Below the pieces are notes generated by a model. It did not search any database. It worked only from the letters and a program-made list of their open reading frames with translations, and was not told the DNA's origin. A stretch of 37,532 nucleotides of DNA from Betaproteobacteria bacterium. Lineage in GTDB: Bacteria > Pseudomonadota > Gammaproteobacteria > Burkholderiales > SG8-41. Positions 8,845-19,551 of this stretch are shown in pieces. How positions within the stretch are numbered: the first letter of the stretch is position 1; each line of letters begins with the position of its first letter. A program made the translations under genes and the position numbers. Where the stretch lies: assembly GCA_016177355.1 (NCBI GenBank), contig JACOVL010000076.1:1-37532 (forward strand). The letters are read 5' to 3'.

Positions 8845-9253
8845 CCGCCGGCGCTCGCGCGAATTCGCGCTGCAGGGCCTCTACCAGTGGCAGCTCTCCG
8901 GGGCCGAGCCCGCGGCCATCGCCCGCCAGCTCGCGGAAGCGAAGGGCTTCGACAAGGTGGACCCCGAGTATTTCAAGGCGCTGATCGAGGGCGCGGTGGC
9001 CGCGGCGCCCGCGCTCGAGCGCGAGATCGCGCCGCTGCTCGACCGGGAGTATTCGCGCCTGAGCCCGGTCGAGCGCGGCATCCTGCTGCTCGGGGCCTAC
9101 GAGCTCGCGCACCGGCCGGAGGTGCCGTACCGGGCGGTGATCAACGAGGCGGTGGAGCTCGCCAAGAGCTACGGCGGCACCGGCGGCCACAAGTACGTGA
9201 ACGGCGTGCTCGACAAGCTCGCGGCGCGGTTGCGCGCGGCGGAAAAGCAGTGA
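8834..9253 (+). CDS. nusB: transcription antitermination factor NusB
   Basis: GTG start overlapping the ribH end. [15 protein letters not shown]... and the conserved position after ribH support the call. Confidence 0.92.
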   Translation: MKTSRRRSREFALQGLYQWQLSGAEPAAIARQLAEAKGFDKVDPEYFKALIEGAVAAAPALEREIAPLLDREYSRLSPVERGILLLGAYELAHRPEVPYRAVINEAVELAKSYGGTGGHKYVNGVLDKLAARLRAAEKQ

Positions 9254-9256
9254 GTG

Positions 9257-9502
9257 ATGGACGAGCGGCTGAGAAAACGGATCATCCTGTTCTACCTGGG
9301 GGGCATCCTCAATGTCTTCCTCGGGCTCTACGTGGCGATCGAGGGCGTCAGCTTCCTGCCGGCGGACACGGTGCGCTGGCTCGTGTTGTTTTTCTTCATC
9401 TTCGCCGCGGTGGATTTCTATTTTCCCCGCGCGATGAAGAAGAAATGGCAGGAAGACCAGGCCAGGCTGAGCGCGCAGCGCCCGCCCGCCGGCGACCAGT
9501 GA
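9257..9502 (+). CDS. small hypothetical membrane protein (2 predicted TM helices)
   Basis: 81 aa from ATG 9257 (GTG 9254 is also possible). High GC3 like its neighbours. Two hydrophobic segments and a basic/acidic tail. It starts 1-4 nt after the nusB stop, and its stop overlaps the thiL GTG (GTGA at 9499-9502). Confidence 0.5.
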   Translation: MDERLRKRIILFYLGGILNVFLGLYVAIEGVSFLPADTVRWLVLFFFIFAAVDFYFPRAMKKKWQEDQARLSAQRPPAGDQ

Positions 9503-10479
9503 CGGGCAAATCCCTCTCCGAGTTCGAGATCATCCGCCGCTACTTCACGCGGCGGGCGCGCCGCGCCGTGCTGGGCGTGGGCGACGATGCGGCGCTGGTA
9601 CGCGCGCCGCGCGGCCGCGAGATCGCGCTGACCACCGACATGCTGGTCGGCGGCCGGCATTTCTTCGCCGATGCCGACCCGGAGCGGCTCGGCCACAAGG
9701 CGCTGGCGGTCAATCTGTCGGACCTGGCGGCGATGGGGGCGGCGCCGCGCTGGGCGACGCTCGCGCTCGCGCTGCCGCGGGTGGACGCGCGCTGGCTCGC
9801 CGCCTTCTCGCGCGGCTTTCTGCGCCTCGCGCGGCGCCACGGTGTGGAACTCATCGGCGGCGACACGACGCGCGGGCCGCTCGCGGTGTGCGTGCAGATC
9901 GCAGGCGAGGTGCCGGCGGGGCGGGCGTTGCGGCGCGACGGCGCCCGGATGGGGGACGACATCTGGGTTTCGGGCACGCTGGGCGACGCGGCGCTCGCGC
10001 TCGCCGCGCTGAAACGCAAGATTGCACTTTCGGGGCGGGAACGCGCGCTGCTGGAGCGCAGGCTGCACGCGCCGGCGCCGCGCGTCGCGCTGGGCATGGC
10101 GTTGCGCGGCGTCGCGCGCAGCGCGATCGACGTTTCCGACGGGCTCGTCGCCGACCTCGGCCACGTGTGCGAGCGCTCGGGCCTGGCGGCGGTGATCGAG
10201 GCGGCGCGCATCCCTCTCTCGCCTGTCGTAAAAAGTAAAATAAAACAACCAGTTGCGATGAATGCCGTGCTCTCGGGTGGCGACGACTACGAGCTCGTCT
10301 TCACCGCCGGGCGCACCCGGCGCCGGGCGATCGCCCGGCTGTCGCGGCGCCTGCGCCTGAGGCTTACCCGCATCGGTAGAATCATCCGGCGGCGGCGCGG
10401 GGGCTCGCTCGTTACCGTGCTCGGTGATGACGGCGGGCCGGTGCGGTTGCCACGCGCGGGGTTCGATCATTTTGGCTGA
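9499..10479 (+). CDS. thiL: thiamine-monophosphate kinase
   Basis: GTG 9499. SEFEIIRRYF...LGVGDDAALV...TTDMLVGGRHF...GGDDYELVFT are typical ThiL motifs. Confidence 0.9.
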   Translation: MTGKSLSEFEIIRRYFTRRARRAVLGVGDDAALVRAPRGREIALTTDMLVGGRHFFADADPERLGHKALAVNLSDLAAMGAAPRWATLALALPRVDARWLAAFSRGFLRLARRHGVELIGGDTTRGPLAVCVQIAGEVPAGRALRRDGARMGDDIWVSGTLGDAALALAALKRKIALSGRERALLERRLHAPAPRVALGMALRGVARSAIDVSDGLVADLGHVCERSGLAAVIEAARIPLSPVVKSKIKQPVAMNAVLSGGDDYELVFTAGRTRRRAIARLSRRLRLRLTRIGRIIRRRRGGSLVTVLGDDGGPVRLPRAGFDHFG

Positions 10480-10966
10480 TCTCGTAATCAGGCCCTCCTG
10501 GCGTTTCCTCCTGCGTCATCCCGCGCATTTCGTCGCGTTCGGCGGCGGCGCGGGGCTCGCGCCGGTCGCGCCGGGGACGTGGGGCACGCTGCTCGCGCTG
10601 CCGCTCTACGCGCTCGTCGCGCCGCGGCTCGCCCCGATGGAATTCCTGCTGCTCGTCGCGGCGTTGTTCGGGCTCGGCGTCTGGGCCTGCGGCGTGACGG
10701 GCCGCGCGATCGGCGTCCCCGACCACGGCGGCATGGTGTGGGACGAGCTGGTCGCGTTCCTGCTGGTGCTGTTCTTCGTCCCGGACACGCTCGAGTGGCA
10801 GGCGGCGGCGTTCCTGCTGTTCCGGCTGTTCGATATCCTCAAGCCGCCGCCGATCCGCTATTACGACCGCACTTTCAAGAGCGGCTTCGGCGTGATGCTC
10901 GACGATCTCGTCGCCGCGTTTTACACGCTGATCGTCCTGGCGGTTGCGAAGACGATCATCGAGTGA
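10472..10966 (+). CDS. pgpA: phosphatidylglycerophosphatase A
   Basis: HFVAFGGGAGLAPVAPGTWGTL matches the PgpA signature. The start is uncertain: TTG 10472 overlaps the thiL stop by 8 nt, and ATG 10424 would overlap thiL by 56 nt. Confidence 0.82.
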   Translation: MADLVIRPSWRFLLRHPAHFVAFGGGAGLAPVAPGTWGTLLALPLYALVAPRLAPMEFLLLVAALFGLGVWACGVTGRAIGVPDHGGMVWDELVAFLLVLFFVPDTLEWQAAAFLLFRLFDILKPPPIRYYDRTFKSGFGVMLDDLVAAFYTLIVLAVAKTIIE

Positions 10967-10980
10967 CGCAAGATAGAACG

Positions 10981-11469
10981 ATGCCCGACCCCGTCCTATA
11001 CCGGCTCGCAGAAGAAGTCGGCACGGCGCTGAAATCCCGCAAGCTGATGCTGGCGACCGCCGAGTCGTGCACTGGCGGCTGGATTTCGGAAGCGGTCACC
11101 ATGGTCCCCGGCAGCTCGGAATGGTTCGAGCGCGGCTTCGTTTCCTACACCTACGTCTCCAAGCGCGAGATGCTGGGCGTGAAGGAAAAAACGCTGGAAC
11201 AGCACGGCGCGGTGTCGGAAGAAGTCGTGCGCGAGATGGCGAGCGGCGCGCTCGCGCGCTCCCACGCCCAGGTCGCGGTGGCCGTAAGCGGCGTGGCCGG
11301 CCCGACCGGTGGCACGCCCGACAAGCCCGTCGGCACCGTCTGCTTCGCGTGGTGCGCGAAGGGCGGCACGCCGCGCTCGGACACGCAGCACTACTCCGGC
11401 GACCGCGAGGCCGTGCGCAAGCAATCCGTCGCTCACGCGCTCAAGGGCGTCCTCGCGCAACTCAAGTAG
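10981..11469 (+). CDS. pncC: nicotinamide-nucleotide amidohydrolase (CinA C-terminal domain protein)
   Basis: 162 aa. LATAESCTGGWIS...VSGVAGPTGGT is the typical PncC/CinA-C motif set. Confidence 0.9.
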   Translation: MPDPVLYRLAEEVGTALKSRKLMLATAESCTGGWISEAVTMVPGSSEWFERGFVSYTYVSKREMLGVKEKTLEQHGAVSEEVVREMASGALARSHAQVAVAVSGVAGPTGGTPDKPVGTVCFAWCAKGGTPRSDTQHYSGDREAVRKQSVAHALKGVLAQLK

Positions 11470-11475
11470 CGTAAG

Positions 11476-11539
11476 TGGGGTCAGTGTAAGATTTCCGCAG
11501 TGATACAGGCCGGCCGACGGATAAGTTACACTGACCCCA
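11476..11539. repeat. 14-bp perfect inverted repeat with a 36-nt spacer
   Basis: TGGGGTCAGTGTAA (11476-11489) and TTACACTGACCCCA (11526-11539). The spacer contains the palindrome GGCCGGCC. Lies 7 nt after the pncC stop. Confidence 0.8.
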
Positions 11540-11647
11540 ATTGCGTTTCGTCCGCTATCGACATGGGCCTGCACCTAGTGCCCAGGCTAATCCCCTAATC
11601 CACGATGCCGCCGACGTGCGGGACTTCCGGTCCCGTTGACTTTGATG

Positions 11648-11663
11648 CATTACCGTGGTAATG
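11648..11663 (+). promoter_or_regulatory. palindrome upstream of vapB, candidate autoregulatory operator
   Basis: CATTACC-GT-GGTAATG is a perfect 7-bp inverted repeat ending 9 nt before the vapB ATG. AbrB/MazE-type antitoxins typically bind palindromes in their own promoters. Confidence 0.4.
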
Positions 11664-11671
11664 TGACAATC

Positions 11672-11935
11672 ATGTCGCTCGCCCAGTCCAAACTGACCGC
11701 CCAAGGCCAGATTTCCGTGCCCTCCGAAATTCGCAAGAAACTCGGGGTCGGGCCCGGATCCATCCTCGAGTGGGACGAGAAGAACGATGAGATTATTGTC
11801 CGGAAAGCCGGGCGGCACACCTCGGCGGACGTGCACGAAGCGCTGTTTTCTGACGGCGGCCCCAACCGAAAAGCATCCGCAAACGTGAAGGATGGCATCA
11901 GAAAGTACATCCGGCAGAAGCATGCACGCCGTTGA
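11672..11935 (+). CDS. vapB: AbrB/MazE/SpoVT-family antitoxin (VapB-like)
   Basis: MSLAQSKLTAQGQISVPSEIRKKLGVGPGSILEW is a looped-hinge-helix (SpoVT/AbrB) N-terminus. 87 aa. Overlaps the downstream PIN gene by 14 nt. Start could be TTG 11636. Confidence 0.8.
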   Translation: MSLAQSKLTAQGQISVPSEIRKKLGVGPGSILEWDEKNDEIIVRKAGRHTSADVHEALFSDGGPNRKASANVKDGIRKYIRQKHARR

Positions 11936-12302
11936 TACCAATCTTCTCGTGCGACTGATCGTACGTGACGACGCGGATCAGGTAAAAGCTGCGGAGGCGT
12001 TTGTCGCAAAAGGGGCGTGGGTGTCCCACCTCGTGCTGGCAGAAACGCTATGGGTTCTCGACGCGGTTTACGATCGCTCACCCGCGCAGATCGCGAATGC
12101 GATCGACCGAATGCTGAACCACAAGGAATTGACGCTCCAGGACGCGGATATCGTCACGCTGGCGCTGGTTCATTTCCGTTCCCGTCCCTCACTGGGTTTC
12201 TCCGATTGTCTCGTTTTGGAAATTGCCCGCAAAGCCGGTCATCTACCGCTCGGAACCTTCGACCGGAATCTTGCAAAACTTGACGGTACACGCCGCCTGT
12301 AG
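11922..12302 (+). CDS. vapC: PIN-domain ribonuclease toxin (VapC-like)
   Basis: MHAVDTNLLVRL (conserved first Asp), acidic residues later (LAETLWVL, GFSDCLVLEIA) and a TFD motif near the C-terminus. 126 aa. Confidence 0.85.
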   Translation: MHAVDTNLLVRLIVRDDADQVKAAEAFVAKGAWVSHLVLAETLWVLDAVYDRSPAQIANAIDRMLNHKELTLQDADIVTLALVHFRSRPSLGFSDCLVLEIARKAGHLPLGTFDRNLAKLDGTRRL

Positions 12303-12584
12303 CGCGTTCGATCTTCACTACACAACCCAAACGGTGGCCGGCTTTGGCCGTAAACCGCCCGGTTTGGCAAAGGTCAGAAACGCCTCCGAACCCGACACCC
12401 CACGGGTGTCTGTAGAAAAAGGCAATGGGGTAAGGACGTTGGCGCGCTTTGCCGGCGCGCGGGCGCGGTTTGACGGGCGGGTCGTCAACTCAACACTCGC
12501 GTCGCGCGTTTTTAGGGCATGGCGTGCTCGGAACGGGAGCGGCTGGTTTAAAATACACGGCAACGAACAACAAGGATCCCCCTC

Positions 12585-13625
<1,041 letters not shown>

Positions 13626-14040
13626 CCTGCGCGCGCGGGCGCTGCGGCTGCTCGCCCGCCGCGAGCACTCGCGGCGGGAGCTCGAGCGCAAGCTCGCCGT
13701 TCACGCCGAGGACCCCGCCGAGGTCGCCCGCGTGCTCGACGAGCTCGAGGCGCGGGGCTGGCTGTCGGAGCGCCGGGTGGTGGAGCAGTTGGTGCACGCG
13801 CGCCGCTCCCGTTTCGGCGCGCGGCGCATCGAGCGGGACCTGCTCGACAAGGGAATTTCCGCCGACGCAGTCGCAGCGGCGCTCCCCGGGTTGAGGGAGA
13901 GCGAGCTGGAGGCGGCGCGCGCGGTGTGGGCGAAAAAATTCGGCAGGCTGGCGCGCACGCCGGCCGAGCGCGCGCGCCAGGCGCGCTTCCTGCAGGGACG
14001 CGGCTTCGCCTTCGACGTCGTGATGAAAGTCATCAAGGGC

Positions 14041-14124
14041 AGGGATGAGGGATGAGTGCGGAGGGATGAGGAATGAAAACCAAATTTCAATACCCTAGTC
14101 ACCAGTCACGAGTCACCAGTCACG
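14041..14124. repeat. two adjacent, unrelated tandem heptamer arrays
   Basis: Array 1: agggatg/agggatg/agtgcgg/agggatg/aggaatg (14041-14075). Array 2: agtcacc/agtcacg/agtcacc/agtcacg (14097-14124). Confidence 0.9.
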
Positions 14125-14459
14125 CTTTTGCGGTAGTGATGGCGCTTACCGCCATCACGTTGACAGGCTGCGACTATCTTCCGTTCGGCTATACGCCGGT
14201 CAGGGAGATCACCGCGGCGCCCGCGCAGTTCGAAGGCAGGGAGGTCAAGCTCAAGGGCAGGGTGCGGGGCATTCTGAAGCTGGGGGGCCTCAAGGCCTAC
14301 ACGCTGCAGGACGACACCGGGCGGGTGACGGTGACGACGGACGGGCAGCTGCCCGCCGAAAACGCCGAGGTGGCCCTCAAGGGCACCGTGAAAAGCGCGC
14401 TGATCGTCGGCGGCTCGGCGGTCGGCCTGCGGGTGGAAGAAACGAAGCGTTTGCGGTAG
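14073..14459 (+). CDS. small lipoprotein, function unknown
   Basis: ATG 14073 has GGAGG 8 nt upstream. The signal peptide has a basic n-region, a hydrophobic core AFAVVMALTAITL and a lipobox LTGC. The mature part is about 95 aa and beta-rich. The alternative start ATG 14139 has no SD and lies in a 9-bp hairpin stem. Confidence 0.65.
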   Translation: MKTKFQYPSHQSRVTSHAFAVVMALTAITLTGCDYLPFGYTPVREITAAPAQFEGREVKLKGRVRGILKLGGLKAYTLQDDTGRVTVTTDGQLPAENAEVALKGTVKSALIVGGSAVGLRVEETKRLR

Positions 14460-14464
14460 ATTCT

Positions 14465-14542
14465 GAGCTTTCAGCGATCAGCTTTCAGCATTCGGCCAAA
14501 GCAAGGCCCGTTTCAAGCTGATAGCTGACGGCTGACAGCTAG
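14465..14542. repeat. inverted pair of tandem heptamer arrays (imperfect long hairpin)
   Basis: Left: agctttc/agcgatc/agctttc/agcattc (14466-14493). Right: aagctga/tagctga/cggctga/cagctag (14515-14542). The arms are complementary except for 1-2 positions per heptamer. Fills the lipoprotein-alaS gap. Confidence 0.85.
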
Positions 14543-14547
14543 ACCAC

Positions 14548-17165
<2,618 letters not shown>

Positions 17166-17169
<4 letters not shown>

Positions 17170-18125
17170 AGAAAATCCTTATGTTGACCGTGGTGATGCC
17201 GATCTTTGCTCCGCCGGTGGCAGCGCAGGCTTATCCCGCCAAGCCGGTCGAGCTCGTCGTCCATACCTCGGCGGGTGGTGGCGGCGATCTCTTCGCGAGG
17301 ACGGTGGCGGAGATCATCACCAGGGGGAAACTGCTGCCGCAGCCGCTCGTCATCAGCAACAAGGGCGGGGGTGGCGGTGCGATCGCCTTCAACTACGTCG
17401 CCGGCAAGCGCGGCGATCCGTACACGCTGCTGGCGGTGCCGAGCACGGTCCTGCTCACCGCGCCGCTGCGCAGCGGGCTGGACATCGGGCTCGACAAGTT
17501 CACCCCGCTGGCATCGCTCGGCCTGGATTTGAACGCCCTGACGGTGCGCGCGGATGCGCCGTACGCGACGATGGCCGACTTTATCGAGGCGGCGAAGCGC
17601 GAGCCGGATTCGATCGTCATCGCGTTCGGCTCGATCGGCGGCACCGCGCATTACCTCGCGTACCGGATCGAGAAAGTCACCGGCGCGCGCTTCAGGACCG
17701 TCTCGATGAAGGGCGCCCAGGCGGTGCTGTCCGTGCTGGGAGGGCACGTGCACGCGACCACGGAAAACCTGAGCGAAGTCATGGGACACGTGGAAGGGAA
17801 GAAGATGCGGGTCATCGGCGTGCCCGCCGGGCAGCGTCTTGCCGCAGCGCCCGGCATCCCGACGCTGCGGGAGCAGGGATACGACATCCGTTCGGGCGTG
17901 AGGCGCGGTTTCGCAGCGCCCGCGGGCATACCGAAGGAGGCGGCGGTGGTGCTCGAAGCCATGCTGGAAAAGGTCCACGAGAGCGCGGAGTGGAAGGACT
18001 ACGCCGCGCGGAACCTGCTGGAGAATACCTACCTGAACGGGGCGGCTTTCGCCCGCTATCTCGCCGAACGCCAGCCCGAGATGGTCCAGTTCATGAAAGA
18101 CGCGGGGCTCGCCGGGAAACCTTAG
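17166..18125 (+). CDS. Bug-family (TctC-like) tripartite tricarboxylate transporter substrate-binding protein
   Basis: Signal peptide [32 protein letters not shown], then a typical Bug/TctC start and length (about 320 aa). Its ATG overlaps the alaS stop (ATGA). No tctA or tctB nearby. Confidence 0.82.
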
Positions 18126-19507
18126 AACGGCAGTCTCGCGTCCTTCTTGACCGCCAGGATCGCGCGGCGGAAATCTTCCTGGATCCTTCGCAGGGCGGCT
18201 TCGTCGTCGGCCTCGAACCGCAGCACCACGACCGGCGTGGTGTTGGAGGGCCGCGCGAGGCCGAAACCGTCGGCGTACTCGACCCGCAGGCCGTCTATCG
18301 TGATCACCTCGCGCGCGCCGTCGAACTTCGCCGTCTGCCGCAGCTTGTCCATCAAGGCGTAGTTCTCGCCCTCGGCGAGCGCGATGTGCAGTTCCGGCGT
18401 CGAGACCGCTTCCGGCAGCGCTTCCAGCACGGCGCCGGGGTCGCGCTCGCGGGAGAGTATCTCGAGCAGCCGCGCGCCGGCGTAGAGCCCGTCGTCGAAC
18501 CCGTACCAGCGGTCCTTGAAGAAGATGTGCCCGCTCATCTCGCCGGCGAGCGGCGCGCCGGTTGCCGCGAGCTTCTGCTTGATGAAGGAGTGGCCGGTCT
18601 TCCACAACACCGGCTTGCCGCCGTGCTCCCGCACCCAGGAAAACATATAACGTGTTGATTTTACGTCGAATATTATCTCCGCTCCCGGATGGCGCGTGAG
18701 CACGTCCGCGGCGAACAGCATCAGCTGGCGGTCGGGATAGATGATTTTTCCGCTGCGCGTGATCACGCCGAGGCGGTCGCCGTCGCCGTCGAACGCCAAG
18801 CCGATCTCTCCCTGACCCGCGGCAAGCGCGCGTTGCAGGTCGGCGAGATTTTCCGGCTGCGACGGATCGGGGTGGTGGTGGGGAAAGCTGCCGTCCACCT
18901 CGCAGTAGAGCTCGGCCACCTCGCAGCCGAGCCGGCGGTAGAGCGCGGGTGCGACGGCGCCCGCCACGCCGTTGCCGCAGTCGACGACGATCTTCATCGG
19001 CCGCGCAAGCTTGACGTCGCCGGCGATGCGGGCGAGATAAGGCTCGCGCACGTCGTGCCGGCGATAGCCGCCGCCGCCGTGCGCAAGGTCGCCGCGCTCG
19101 ATACGTCGGCGCAGGCCCTGTATCGCATCGCCGGCGAGGGTCTCGCCGCCCAGCATCACCTTGATGCCGTTGTAGTCGGGCGGATTGTGCGAGCCCGTGA
19201 CCATCGCGCAGGAGAGCGTCCCCAGGTGGTGCGCCGCGAAGTAGAGCATGGGCGTCGGCACTTGCCCGACGTCCGTCACGTCCACGCCGCTCTCCCGCAG
19301 CCCCCTCGCGAGCGCGGCGGAAAGCTCCGGGCCGGAATGGCGCCCGTCGCGGCCGATGACGACCGCGGGCTGGCGGCGGTCGCGGGCTTCCGAGCCGATC
19401 GCGCGGCCGATCGCCTCGACGACCGCGGCGTCGAGCGTGCGGCCGACGATGCCGCGGATGTCGTAGGCCTTGAATATCTCGGGCGGGAGATGAACGCGCT
19501 CGTTCAT
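18122..19507 (-). CDS. algC: phosphomannomutase/phosphoglucomutase
   Basis: IFKAYDIRGIVG, the active-site loop TGSHNPPDYNGIK, DGDGDR and GEMSGH. 461 aa. Confidence 0.92.
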   Translation of the reverse strand: MNERVHLPPEIFKAYDIRGIVGRTLDAAVVEAIGRAIGSEARDRRQPAVVIGRDGRHSGPELSAALARGLRESGVDVTDVGQVPTPMLYFAAHHLGTLSCAMVTGSHNPPDYNGIKVMLGGETLAGDAIQGLRRRIERGDLAHGGGGYRRHDVREPYLARIAGDVKLARPMKIVVDCGNGVAGAVAPALYRRLGCEVAELYCEVDGSFPHHHPDPSQPENLADLQRALAAGQGEIGLAFDGDGDRLGVITRSGKIIYPDRQLMLFAADVLTRHPGAEIIFDVKSTRYMFSWVREHGGKPVLWKTGHSFIKQKLAATGAPLAGEMSGHIFFKDRWYGFDDGLYAGARLLEILSRERDPGAVLEALPEAVSTPELHIALAEGENYALMDKLRQTAKFDGAREVITIDGLRVEYADGFGLARPSNTTPVVVLRFEADDEAALRRIQEDFRRAILAVKKDARLPF

Positions 19508-19551
19508 AGCCTGCGAATTATCTCACGCGCATCGCCAGATGCCGGTGAACC

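Noticed and set aside
12303-12584. LexA (SOS) box upstream of recA.
   Set aside because: The only CTGT (12410-12413) is not followed by ACAG after 8 nt, and no other palindrome of that type was seen. Recorded as an absence within a finding, not as a feature.
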